64,000 nt of DNA from Candidatus Omnitrophota bacterium (GCA_044225175.1 JBGAJA010000002.1:146917-210916), one strand, 5' to 3'. Counted from the first letter of the stretch, positions 32,425 to 42,062 are shown. The notes: generated by a model from the sequence alone, not told the origin. Program-made: numbers and translations.

Positions 32425-32778
32425 ATGTTAAGACAATTAGCTAATAAAAAAGCCCAAAACACCGCCGAATACGCGCTTTTGATTGCCCTTGTTGTAGCCG
32501 GTGTTATTGCCATGCAAACATATGCCCAACGCGCTTTGCAAGCCCGCGTGAGAGACGCTTCCTTATACATGAGTAATACAACAAAGGAAATAGGAACAAC
32601 TAATCAATACGAGCCTTATTACACGCAAAGTAATTATGCTGTCTCCCGAGAATCAGAAAGCAATAAACAGCTAGCTGAAGGAACAGTAGCTCAAGGACAG
32701 GCAACCAATAGAACCCGTGCAAAGGGTGGTGAACAAAAATCCACATATGACAATGCAGTACTTCAAAGTGGTATTTAG
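32425..32778 (+). CDS. Flp/TadE-family prepilin (paralog of 33462..33866)
   Basis: ...KA|QNTAEYALLIALVVAGVIAM; AGGAGG RBS; shares 'QYEPYYxQS' with paralog 6. Confidence 0.6.
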   Translation: MLRQLANKKAQNTAEYALLIALVVAGVIAMQTYAQRALQARVRDASLYMSNTTKEIGTTNQYEPYYTQSNYAVSRESESNKQLAEGTVAQGQATNRTRAKGGEQKSTYDNAVLQSGI

Positions 32779-32830
32779 GCAAACAATTGTAACTGTACAC
32801 ATAGTTTAAGACATATTTTAAGGAGGATGT

Positions 32831-33169
32831 ATGATTACATATCTTAATGGTAGAAAAGGGCAAAGCACCCTCGAATATGCGGTATTAATCATTATTATTA
32901 TCGCAGCCTTAATTGCCATCCAAACGTATATCAAGCGTGGTGTCCAGGGGCGCCTTAAATCCGCTTCAGACGATATTGGCGATCAATTTTCCCCAGGTAA
33001 TACCAATGTCATATGGGCAGAAAAAACCAGAACCAATGAACAACAGACTTTTGGGATTCAAGGGCAGGGAGTCCAATCAACTACATTGTTGTCCAATGAA
33101 GTAACTAACACAATCATGAAGTCGTCCGTTGCTAAATCAGACCAAGAATATTGGGGCACAGATAAATAA
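32831..33169 (+). CDS. Flp/TadE-family prepilin (paralog of 34201..34539)
   Basis: ...KG|QSTLEYAVLIIIIIAALIAI; AAGGAGG RBS; shares 'KRGVQGRLKxxxDDIGDQ' with paralog 8. Confidence 0.6.
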   Translation: MITYLNGRKGQSTLEYAVLIIIIIAALIAIQTYIKRGVQGRLKSASDDIGDQFSPGNTNVIWAEKTRTNEQQTFGIQGQGVQSTTLLSNEVTNTIMKSSVAKSDQEYWGTDK

Positions 33170-33259
33170 GGAGAAGTTTTTTAAAAGTAATGGAAGCACA
33201 AGAGGGTTCGGAAATCTCATTTCGAACCCTCTACACTTTAACTAATATTAAGGATGATT

Positions 33260-33451
33260 ATGAAAAAAAAGGGCCAAAGTACTGTGGAATACATTTTGCT
33301 CGTGACAGCAGTTGTAGCCGTCATTATTGTCATTGTTAACGGAGACAAGTCGCCTTTTCGCAAAAAGTTAAACACGACGATCGACACCATCACTAATGGA
33401 ATGGAAGATAAGGCGTTCACGCTTACCAATATGATGGGTAATCAACAGTAG
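33260..33451 (+). CDS. Flp-family pilin (about 63 aa)
   Basis: MKKKG|QSTVEYILLVTAVVAVIIVIV. Confidence 0.6.
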   Translation: MKKKGQSTVEYILLVTAVVAVIIVIVNGDKSPFRKKLNTTIDTITNGMEDKAFTLTNMMGNQQ

Positions 33452-33461
33452 GTGATCAGAC

Positions 33462-33866
33462 ATGTTTAAAAGCCGCCAACAAGGAACGGTTTCTATCAGT
33501 GAATATATTTTGGTGTTCATACTTGTGGTTGCTGTGGTCGCTGCTATGGCCGTGTACATCCAAAGATCCCTTCAAGGTCGGCTGCGAGATGGCAGGCATT
33601 ATGCCATGACTAAATTTAGAGAAGAATGTGTGCGTACTAATTGCGTAGGTACAGGAGAAGTAGGAGAACAGTATGAACCATACTATCTCCAATCCAAGGC
33701 AAACATTGCTACAGACAGCCTTAAACACAAAGGACTGATGACATCCAAATTAGGAAGCTCGGGAATATTTGTCGCCAGAACTAGTTCTAATAATCAAAGC
33801 AATGCCCAGGCTACACAGCTTCCTCCAATGAATGCCATCAATGATCAAGTCCTGGGGAAAAAATAA
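33462..33866 (+). CDS. Flp/TadE-family prepilin
   Basis: ...QQG|TVSISEYILVFILVVAVVAAM. Confidence 0.55.
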   Translation: MFKSRQQGTVSISEYILVFILVVAVVAAMAVYIQRSLQGRLRDGRHYAMTKFREECVRTNCVGTGEVGEQYEPYYLQSKANIATDSLKHKGLMTSKLGSSGIFVARTSSNNQSNAQATQLPPMNAINDQVLGKK

Positions 33867-34183
33867 TGAAGAACCAGGGACAAACCATACTGGAATATGT
33901 CATGCTCTTGGGGTTAGTCACAATTGTTTTGGTCTATATGAGTGTCGACATGAAACGAGCCGTGCAAAGTATGGTGAAAGTAACGGCCGACCAACTGGGC
34001 AATCAAGTCAATGCCGACCAAGACTTTAATGGTCAAATCAAACAAGGCATTATGACCAAATCTATGACCAATACATGGCAAGGACAGCAGCAGCTTCGCA
34101 GCGAAAGAGAAGGAATCATTAATCAGCAAGTAGGGGATTTCACAGATACGAAAACTAATACGACAACGAAAATAGATAATTAG
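33866..34183 (+). CDS. Flp/TadE-family prepilin
   Basis: MKNQG|QTILEYVMLLGLVTIVLVYM; TAATG overlap with the previous gene. Confidence 0.6.
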   Translation: MKNQGQTILEYVMLLGLVTIVLVYMSVDMKRAVQSMVKVTADQLGNQVNADQDFNGQIKQGIMTKSMTNTWQGQQQLRSEREGIINQQVGDFTDTKTNTTTKIDN

Positions 34184-34200
34184 CATCCAGAAAGACATTC

Positions 34201-34539
34201 ATGCTTATGAAAAGATTATCCATTCAAAGAGGCCAAAGTTTAATCGAATACTCTATCCTGATTATTATTGTTATCGCTGTGTTTTTATCCATGAATAGCT
34301 ATTTTAAAAGAGGTATTCAAGGCCGCTGGAAAGCATCGATTGATGATTTAGGCGAACAATATGACCCGCGCACAACTAATTCTCTCATCAACTATGTCCT
34401 TAATAGCAGTTCGAATACTTCAATAGATGTGGTTCCAACGAGCAATGGAGATTTTTGGACCAACCGTGTGGACACTTCTTCTTCTTCCGAATCTAAGGGT
34501 GGACAAACGGTTGTAGGAGCCTTGCTCAACAAACTTTGA
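34201..34539 (+). CDS. Flp/TadE-family prepilin
   Basis: ...RG|QSLIEYSILIIIVIAVFLSM. Confidence 0.6.
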   Translation: MLMKRLSIQRGQSLIEYSILIIIVIAVFLSMNSYFKRGIQGRWKASIDDLGEQYDPRTTNSLINYVLNSSSNTSIDVVPTSNGDFWTNRVDTSSSSESKGGQTVVGALLNKL

Positions 34540-34545
34540 GAAGAT

Positions 34546-36171
34546 ATGTTTAATAGAAAATTCGTCAGATTCTTTAATGGCCCTTTCAAATCTCCACGCT
34601 CACAAAGCGGACAGGCTGTTATTGAAATTGCCCTTTTTGGCGCCATCCTGATCTTTTTAATAGGCGTTATTCTTCGCACTCATCTAAGTCATTCTTTTAG
34701 CACCAACCATCAAGTCAGGGCCATGAAGCTGGCTTTGCAGCAAAGTTATTTAGGCAGCGTCGGAAAGATTCCCAATAGTTCCAGAAACTCTGCCAGTATT
34801 CTCTTTATAGAAGACAGGCTCTCACCGGACTTAAATAAATTTGCAGCGATTGAAAGAAATCCATTTGTCGCCAATGGTTCAGGAACAATGACTGATCGAC
34901 TAAACTACCCAATCGATTTTGGGGAGGTAGGGCATAATCTTCCTATCATGGATATTTTTGTCAACGGCCAGCACTTCCCTTTGACGGTAGGGGCCTATGT
35001 CTTTAGAGTCATTTATCCGCAAAATGACACAGATGCAAAAGGAGATGCTTGTCCTCCTGATTTTATGGGGCCTGATCATGGTCCAGAATTTATCAGATGC
35101 CTTCGTCAGGAGCATGAATGGAAAGAAGGATCACCCACATTCTATCAACAGATTGTTAACGGAACACAAGACTATAACCCCCTCGCTTCCAAAGACAGTT
35201 GGGACCTATTACGCAATAATTGGGACAAAAATCGTCTCACTAAGCCTATTACGGGCAATGTTTTCTCGGATGATGTGGATGAAGGCATTATTCGTAATTA
35301 TATTGCCTGGCAGTGGAAGCCTATCAAAGGCGTAGGCTCAAGTCTTGACTTTGGTTCAGACGATAATCCTAACTATCCTTCAATGGACTTTTTAGGGAAT
35401 CTTAGAGAACAAACCGCTTATTATGTCAGTCAAAAACCTGTAGATAAATTATTGGCCATTTTAAGTTCACCTTCTCTGGCGTTTTATGAAATTAACCCTG
35501 GCGGCGGCGGTAGTTATGCAGCAGGAAACAGCGGGTACGTCTTATCGTTGACCGATGAATTGACTAATGCTCCAACAGGATTTAATTTTACAAACCCCAA
35601 AAGTTGTGACACAGGAAACGGTATGGGAGTTTTGTGCTTGACCCGCGCCCCATCGGCAGGAAATATTACAGGAGTTGTTGTTTTGGATAATCAGGCAGGA
35701 GATATTGATCTGGCCTATGATGATAAAACATCTCCTGGTCCTAAACCAGGTCTTATGCAGCAAATGGCCATTTACAGCTGGGTCGTTCCTCCGGATGGTA
35801 AAAAACAAGGAACATTCATGCAAATTAAAGAAGGAAAATTGTATAATCCTGAGACCCATCAAGTCGTGCGAAGCATTAGCAGCAAAGACCACGTGGATTT
35901 GATCTCACGCATGTTTCAACTGAGCAATAATACCCAGCGCTTTTGCAAGACAAGCATTATGTATGGATCAACTCCTGTTCCTTATTTGGCCGATCAAAGT
36001 CCTGATGCTAATCATCCTGTTCCAAATCCGGTTGAGGCATGTGGAGAGTGTAATAGTAAAAACATTAACAAAACTTGTTTTGATCCGGCCTCTCGGATTT
36101 TATTTATCAGGACATTGATAGGGGATGCAACCACACGCAAGTGGTTTACAGATGTAACCAAGGGATTATAA
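34546..36171 (+). CDS. TadG-like large pseudopilin (541 aa)
   Basis: Flp/TadE-like N-terminus '...SG|QAVIEIALFGAILIFLIG' followed by a roughly 480-aa domain. Its size matches TadG. Confidence 0.45.
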   Translation: MFNRKFVRFFNGPFKSPRSQSGQAVIEIALFGAILIFLIGVILRTHLSHSFSTNHQVRAMKLALQQSYLGSVGKIPNSSRNSASILFIEDRLSPDLNKFAAIERNPFVANGSGTMTDRLNYPIDFGEVGHNLPIMDIFVNGQHFPLTVGAYVFRVIYPQNDTDAKGDACPPDFMGPDHGPEFIRCLRQEHEWKEGSPTFYQQIVNGTQDYNPLASKDSWDLLRNNWDKNRLTKPITGNVFSDDVDEGIIRNYIAWQWKPIKGVGSSLDFGSDDNPNYPSMDFLGNLREQTAYYVSQKPVDKLLAILSSPSLAFYEINPGGGGSYAAGNSGYVLSLTDELTNAPTGFNFTNPKSCDTGNGMGVLCLTRAPSAGNITGVVVLDNQAGDIDLAYDDKTSPGPKPGLMQQMAIYSWVVPPDGKKQGTFMQIKEGKLYNPETHQVVRSISSKDHVDLISRMFQLSNNTQRFCKTSIMYGSTPVPYLADQSPDANHPVPNPVEACGECNSKNINKTCFDPASRILFIRTLIGDATTRKWFTDVTKGL

Positions 36172-36173
36172 AA

Positions 36174-36425
36174 ATGAAAAACAAAACAGCCCAATCCACG
36201 ATTGAATTTACTTTTGCCATGGTTGCGGTTGCTTTGTTGATTTTTTCTTTGGTCAAAACTTTTCGATGGGTGGGTATGGATTACGCCCAAAGCGCCTATC
36301 TTCAAGAACAGTCTAATATTTTTGTTCATAACGATAAGTGTGAACAAAGAGGCGACTGCTTTAGTTTAAACGCTGAAAACAATACGCGTGGACAGCGATT
36401 AGGTGCTTTTACAAGGAAGTATTAA
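36174..36425 (+). CDS. TadE-like pseudopilin
   Basis: MKNKTA|QSTIEFTFAMVAVALLIF (TadE 'QSTIEF' motif). Confidence 0.55.
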   Translation: MKNKTAQSTIEFTFAMVAVALLIFSLVKTFRWVGMDYAQSAYLQEQSNIFVHNDKCEQRGDCFSLNAENNTRGQRLGAFTRKY

Positions 36426-36426
36426 T

Positions 36427-39400
36427 ATGGATCAAAACACTAAGAAGAAAAAATATCGCGGACTATTATCATCATTTCAAAGAGGCCCCCAAGGGCAGAC
36501 ATCTTTGATTATGATTTTGATATTGGCTGCGGCTTTTATTTTTTATGCGATTTCCTTAAATTGGAGCAAAATTTCCAGTGTTAAAACAACGTTGTGGATG
36601 GCGAGTGTCACGGCCTCTGCTCAATCGGCGTCGATGTTTGCCAGCTATGGCGAAAGGGTCATTCAAGAGCAGCTTATTCCTTTAGGAGGCATTGAATACA
36701 ATAACGGGAATCTTAGGCATGAAGAAAATGGCCTAGGGGTCCTTATCTTTAAGATATTTATTATTATCGTTGTAGCTATTTTAACCTGGTATATGGGTGG
36801 GTATCCTGCGGCTATTCTTGTGGCAGCCATGATGACAACAAGTTTGGTCATTGAATACATGGTCATTCGGCCCATGACATTTTCGATGTGGAACAAGCTG
36901 CAGCAAAACCTTCAGCCTGTCGACCAATTCCGTGAGTCTGCAATCACGACGGGGATGCAGCAAATCGTCACCGACAGCGTAACTGTGCCGGACCGCTTTG
37001 ATTTAAATGTGAATGGTCTTTGGGGTGCATCGACAAATCCTTCGGACCCCATCAGTCGTTTTGCTTTGTTTTATACCGAACGATTAAAAGCCGTCAAACC
37101 ACCAGATACGGCAGGGATTGAAGCCTTTCAAACAGGCCTTAATAATTTAATCACTCAACCAACACCAGCTAATATCATGGGTCCAACACTAGAAGAGCCG
37201 GGACTTGGGTTTACCCCCTATTGCACAGGAAAAAATTCTTCCGACCCACAATGCAATCCTCAGTGCACAGGAATTTTCAATAGACCTGCACTAGGTAATA
37301 AATCTTCTGGGTTTGGATGGCGGTATACCAAAGATACTGACCAGATCACTTATTATGTTCCAGGACAATGTATTCAAGCTAATGGCACAAAGTATCGTCT
37401 GCAATATAATAGCGCAAAAGAAGGAGGCCCTAAAAAAGCTGATCCTAATGATCCAACTAATTCTTTTCGATACCGTTTAGGCTTCGACGACGAAATAGGA
37501 AAAAGTTTAAATAGCGACAAAACCAATGGCTCAATAGATGGCTCTCCCGTTTACCATCCGGCTACATCTTTAAAAAATGGACTTGTTTTTCCCATGCTTA
37601 ATCAAATGTATAAGATAGATCCTTCTATCTATGAGCCCGTGGCTCTTGGAGCTTTGAGTGCTGATCTTTCTAAAGAGGCTCAAGCGCAGTATTCAAAATT
37701 ATATACGGACAGCGTCACGCCCATGGCTAACTATTTGGCAGGTGATGTTGATTGCGCACAAATGAGAAACTCATCCGAAGGCTTTTATTGGAAAAAAGGG
37801 GCAGACCGCTATTGCTCAGGATTTGTGCAAAGCTATCCTTTAGAAGTAGCAAGTCTAGCCAATAAAAATGTCAGCTACGCTCCATCCACAGCAAGCCAAG
37901 AGCCTAATTATCATTGGCCATATTATCAGTGTCAATACATGCTTAACTCCCAAGGAGAAATTCAGCAATGCGCAGACAGTCCTAATAAGAAACTTTGGCC
38001 TCAAGACCGCATGGACAATTTGGTGTATCAAATCAACGAATTTATTCAATTTAACAATACCATTAAAGGGATGGACAAAAAAAGTTTGGTTGCTTCTTTT
38101 GATCAATGGTATCAAACTGTAATGCCTTTTATTGCTCCTCGATGTTCAGAAGGAAATAGTAATACGCCACTAGATCAATTTGTTTCGGTCAATTTTAAAC
38201 ACATGACGGTCTTTACAAGTGATGCGGCTATTTGCAATCCAGATGCTCAAGGATACATGTATCAATGGATTTATGATTTGCAGAATTGGCAGAAGCTGAT
38301 TAAAGACCCTGCGGACCCTAAAAAAGGGTGGATCAATCAAAGTTTTGGGGACCCAGCAAAAGATTTATGCAGTGGAAAACTTTCGAATTCGGACCCTATG
38401 AACCCAGGGATTGCAGAGTGTTTGGAGAATAAATCCATCTATACGAAACAATTGGATAAGTGCGATAATAATTTTCCTAAACCTACAGAACAGGATGAAC
38501 ATGGGCAATGGATTTATAGCAATGTGTATTTAAATCCAGAGTGCATTGAAGTCATGTACCATCGTCAAACCCAACCATCCAGATTTTTGACCACGTTATC
38601 AGGAACATTTACAAATATTCCTTCATTCCCGCCGCCTTCAGATTTTAAGTTTCCTGTGAATAATAAAGAAACCTATTTCGCTATTAAAGGCTGGGTTAAA
38701 GACAACCGTATCTTAATGGATGCAGTGTATAACAAGAAAATCGTTGTTCAGAATTTGTATAAGTATGCTCAGCAATCCGCTAGTCTTTTTGAAGAAGGGG
38801 CCCAAGAGTTTAGTCGATTCTTAGGTCTGGGAGCTCCGGCCTATGCACTGATGGATAGTGTTTCTGATCGCATAAGTTCGATCAAACGATTGCCTAGTTT
38901 TGCTATCTATGGGTGGAAGGACCATAAGGGACCTATTGGCAGTAATACCAATAATGAATTGTGGCATTTGGCACGTATTGAAGTGGCCCAGCCAGGTCGA
39001 TTGCCGTGGATTAAGATTACCAAACACGGGGCTTTAGGTTCTAATGTGCGCTATACCTATACCGATGGGCAGGGGGATGTTTTGGTCAGAGCCACCCGTT
39101 GGGACCAAAGTTTCGATGGAGGAATAGCCAATTTTGCTAATGGTCTTAAGATATGGAAATTTAGATATGGGAATCCTAAATATAAGGATACGGACACAAA
39201 CACCGGCGGAGAATTAGAGAATATGTGTATGGAGAAAGATACCGGTGCGGGAGGAGTAATATTTGGATATGGTCTTACTTCAGACACCAGAGCTGCATTG
39301 CAAGCGAATTTGCCTCATAATCCTTCTGTTCAAAGTAATTCTTCGGAAGGCAAGGCTTATTCAACGGCTTTCATGCTGAATTTAGATCCAAGAGCCAGCA

Positions 39401-39807
39401 CAGATAAGCTCACATCTCAGATCAAAGATCCAGTGCCTGATAAAAACACGTGCCATTTCGCAGATAAATGCGGAACATTAAATGACTATGCCGCATGCTG
39501 TGCGAAAGCGCCCTCGGGATATTATGGCAAAGACTGGCAGCAGTATTGTCAAAAAACAAATTTGGCTCGATGCCAGAAAAACAAGCAAATCAAAGAGATT
39601 ATTGATAATTTAAAAGACACAGAAGGTTGTTTTTATGGGGCTACAGATTTATTAAACACAGGAGTTCAATCTATTTCAGGGGCGCACTTTGGTGTCCCCA
39701 ATGAAAAACCCTATCACTTAGGTATATTCTTTCACAGTTCAGCAGACGCAAAAAAACAGGGAGTTTTTACAAGGGATACGTATAATGATCATTCCCAATA
39801 TGACTAA
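36427..39807 (+). CDS. Giant pilin-like protein (1126 aa): Flp/TadE-like N-terminal helix, a second TM segment, and a large Cys-rich extracellular domain
   Basis: N-terminus '...QG|QTSLIMILILAAAFIFYAI' after an AAGGAAG RBS. Second hydrophobic segment around aa 120-150. About 30 Cys, including a 'CCAKAPSGYYGKDWQQYCQKTNLARCQ' cluster at the C-terminus. Confidence 0.5.
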   Translation: MDQNTKKKKYRGLLSSFQRGPQGQTSLIMILILAAAFIFYAISLNWSKISSVKTTLWMASVTASAQSASMFASYGERVIQEQLIPLGGIEYNNGNLRHEENGLGVLIFKIFIIIVVAILTWYMGGYPAAILVAAMMTTSLVIEYMVIRPMTFSMWNKLQQNLQPVDQFRESAITTGMQQIVTDSVTVPDRFDLNVNGLWGASTNPSDPISRFALFYTERLKAVKPPDTAGIEAFQTGLNNLITQPTPANIMGPTLEEPGLGFTPYCTGKNSSDPQCNPQCTGIFNRPALGNKSSGFGWRYTKDTDQITYYVPGQCIQANGTKYRLQYNSAKEGGPKKADPNDPTNSFRYRLGFDDEIGKSLNSDKTNGSIDGSPVYHPATSLKNGLVFPMLNQMYKIDPSIYEPVALGALSADLSKEAQAQYSKLYTDSVTPMANYLAGDVDCAQMRNSSEGFYWKKGADRYCSGFVQSYPLEVASLANKNVSYAPSTASQEPNYHWPYYQCQYMLNSQGEIQQCADSPNKKLWPQDRMDNLVYQINEFIQFNNTIKGMDKKSLVASFDQWYQTVMPFIAPRCSEGNSNTPLDQFVSVNFKHMTVFTSDAAICNPDAQGYMYQWIYDLQNWQKLIKDPADPKKGWINQSFGDPAKDLCSGKLSNSDPMNPGIAECLENKSIYTKQLDKCDNNFPKPTEQDEHGQWIYSNVYLNPECIEVMYHRQTQPSRFLTTLSGTFTNIPSFPPPSDFKFPVNNKETYFAIKGWVKDNRILMDAVYNKKIVVQNLYKYAQQSASLFEEGAQEFSRFLGLGAPAYALMDSVSDRISSIKRLPSFAIYGWKDHKGPIGSNTNNELWHLARIEVAQPGRLPWIKITKHGALGSNVRYTYTDGQGDVLVRATRWDQSFDGGIANFANGLKIWKFRYGNPKYKDTDTNTGGELENMCMEKDTGAGGVIFGYGLTSDTRAALQANLPHNPSVQSNSSEGKAYSTAFMLNLDPRASTDKLTSQIKDPVPDKNTCHFADKCGTLNDYAACCAKAPSGYYGKDWQQYCQKTNLARCQKNKQIKEIIDNLKDTEGCFYGATDLLNTGVQSISGAHFGVPNEKPYHLGIFFHSSADAKKQGVFTRDTYNDHSQYD

Positions 39808-40243
39808 AAAGAACTTTAAGAACAATCAGGGAGCGAGTTTGATTGAGTATGCTTTTCTGATTATTCTTATTCTCTCAGCCATGTGGGTCATGAAAGACAT
39901 GATCAGTCGTGGAATTTTTGCCAAGTACAGGCAATCTGGAGAAAGTTTTGGATTTGGTCGTCAGTATGATGCTAAACGCACGAGTGTGTGCAGGCAGGAC
40001 GTCAAAAGTTATAAAGACGATGGTACAGTCAATGAAGTAAGCGAATTTTATGATGAAGATTGTTATCAAACCCGTGTTAGGCGTCCGGCGAGTTTCAATT
40101 TAGAAGCACCGGGAACCTGGAACACCGAAGGCGGATGCCCTGCATGTGACCCCGGCAACACATCGGATTCCAAAGCATGCTTTAAATGTGAGGATGACAT
40201 TAAAAAACAATGCGCTGTTGATCACGCATATTGTTTGCAATAG
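39800..40243 (+). CDS. Flp/TadE-family prepilin with a Cys-rich C-terminal domain
   Basis: ...QG|ASLIEYAFLIILILSAM; C-terminal 'CPACDPGNTSDSKACFKCEDDIKKQCAVDHAYC'. Confidence 0.55.
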   Translation: MTKKNFKNNQGASLIEYAFLIILILSAMWVMKDMISRGIFAKYRQSGESFGFGRQYDAKRTSVCRQDVKSYKDDGTVNEVSEFYDEDCYQTRVRRPASFNLEAPGTWNTEGGCPACDPGNTSDSKACFKCEDDIKKQCAVDHAYCLQ

Positions 40244-40249
40244 AATGAC

Positions 40250-40277
40250 GTAGAGACGCAAAATCTTGCGTCTCTAC
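40250..40277 (+). terminator. 12-bp perfect hairpin (gtagagacgcaa-aatc-ttgcgtctctac) closing the pilin gene array
   Basis: Strong stem but no T-tract. It may be a terminator or an RNA-processing element. Confidence 0.4.
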
Positions 40278-40295
40278 AGAAATATTTAAGGACAT

Positions 40296-41153
40296 ATGAT
40301 TACACTTATTTTATTTTTGATTTTTATTTCTTTTGCAGCATTGACGTATAGCCTTCTTCCCATCTTGACCAGAGGCGCAACAGACATCAATCAGCGTCAG
40401 GCCCAGCAGGTCTTAAATAATGCAGATCTTTATTTGCAAGATGCAGATTTGCAAAAGGCCCAACGCATTACGCTCGTCATGCCCGCTGTTCTGGCCATTT
40501 GTGGTTTCTTGTTTTTTCCAGAAAATCTTCGCGTTCCAGGGGCTATTATCGGAGTGATCGTTGGAATCATTATCCCGCGTATTTATGTTTCTAGCCTTAT
40601 CAGCAAAAGAAAAGAAAAGTTTAATGATCAGCTGGTTGATGCTCTGATGATTATGTCGAGTTCTTTTCGAGGGGGGCTTTCTTTGGTGCAGGCGATTGAG
40701 GCGGTCGTTGATGAAATGCCAGATCCTGTTAAGCGAGAGTTCGGAATTGTTTTGGGAGAAAATAAAATGGGCGTTTCTTTGGAAGAAAGCTTGACGCGTC
40801 TACAGGTTCGCATGCCATCGGTTGCCCTTCAACAAATGATTACAGCCATCTTGCTTGCTCGTGAAACAGGCGGTAATCTGCCTGTGATTTTCTCAAGGAT
40901 TGTCAGCACCATTCGAGAACGAAAGAAAATTGAACAAAATCTGAAGACATTAACCATTCAAGGAAAGATTCAAGCCGTTGTCATGACCCTCCTTCCTCTG
41001 TTCTTTGTGATGGGTGTTAGTGCGACGAATCCAAAGTTTTTTGATGTCATGTTTCGTCTCCCCGAAGGCAGGCAGATGTTAATGGTTTGTGTTGTTCTAT
41101 GGGTTGTTGGGGCTATATTAATTTGGAGAATCAGCAAATTTAAGGAAGTTTAA
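40296..41153 (+). CDS. tadB: Tad/Flp pilus inner-membrane platform protein TadB (T2SS-F family)
   Basis: 285 aa, polytopic, with a GspF-like cytoplasmic domain. It sits in the Tad locus. Confidence 0.75.
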   Translation: MITLILFLIFISFAALTYSLLPILTRGATDINQRQAQQVLNNADLYLQDADLQKAQRITLVMPAVLAICGFLFFPENLRVPGAIIGVIVGIIIPRIYVSSLISKRKEKFNDQLVDALMIMSSSFRGGLSLVQAIEAVVDEMPDPVKREFGIVLGENKMGVSLEESLTRLQVRMPSVALQQMITAILLARETGGNLPVIFSRIVSTIRERKKIEQNLKTLTIQGKIQAVVMTLLPLFFVMGVSATNPKFFDVMFRLPEGRQMLMVCVVLWVVGAILIWRISKFKEV

Positions 41154-41156
41154 TTT

Positions 41157-42062
41157 ATGTTAACCATGGCCATGTTGTTAGTTTTTCTAGCTATTTTTGC
41201 GGCGATCTTAGCTTTCATTCCTTTTGATAGTCGTCCCACATTAAAGTTGGACATGACATTGACGCCAAGCCCCTTTGGACAAGAAATACAGACCAAAAAG
41301 AAAAGCCCTCTTTCCGGTCTAGTAAGTCTTTTAAGAAAGGCGGCTTTTTTTAATAAGCCTTTTACCAAGTCGGATTTAGGACAAAGAATATTCAGAGATT
41401 TGTCCTTAAGTCAGACACCCATATCGACGGAAGAATTCCTTTTGATAAAACAAATTTTGGTTGTCGTCCTTATTTTGATTTCTATCAAGATCAATCCAGA
41501 CCCCTCCTTCTTAATGTTTTCTGTTTTAATGGCGGTTGCAGGTGGGTATATTCTTCCCGAATTCTGGCTACGTATGCGAGTTAAAAAAATTAAAGAGTCC
41601 ATTTTGCGTGATTTGCCAGATACGGTTGATCTTTTAGGTCTTTGCGTGAACGCTGGTCTTGATTTTATGATGGCCCTTCGTTATGTGGTGGAAAAGTCAC
41701 AACCCTCAGTCATCATCGAAGAGCTTAGGATCATGATGCAGGAAATCAATGTAGGTAAGCCTCGCAGGGATGCTCTGCGGGATTTATCTAGGAAATATGA
41801 AATGCCGGATTTGGCGACCTTCTCTCGTACCTTGATCCAAGCAGATCGCATGGGTACCTCGGTGTCAGAGGCCCTTAATATTCTCTCCGAAGATATGCGC
41901 GAAACCCGCTATCGCAGAGGCGAAGCCATGGCGCTCAAAGCCCCTCTTAAAATGCTTATTCCCCTGTTATTGTGCATTTTCCCAGTTGTGGCCCTTTTAG
42001 TCGCCGGCCCCATCTTCCTAGACTTCATGCACAACAACCCTCTACAGAACTTAGCCAAATAA
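41157..42062 (+). CDS. tadC: Tad/Flp pilus inner-membrane platform protein TadC (T2SS-F family)
   Basis: 301 aa, a paralog of TadB, in the locus position expected for tadC. Confidence 0.75.
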   Translation: MLTMAMLLVFLAIFAAILAFIPFDSRPTLKLDMTLTPSPFGQEIQTKKKSPLSGLVSLLRKAAFFNKPFTKSDLGQRIFRDLSLSQTPISTEEFLLIKQILVVVLILISIKINPDPSFLMFSVLMAVAGGYILPEFWLRMRVKKIKESILRDLPDTVDLLGLCVNAGLDFMMALRYVVEKSQPSVIIEELRIMMQEINVGKPRRDALRDLSRKYEMPDLATFSRTLIQADRMGTSVSEALNILSEDMRETRYRRGEAMALKAPLKMLIPLLLCIFPVVALLVAGPIFLDFMHNNPLQNLAK

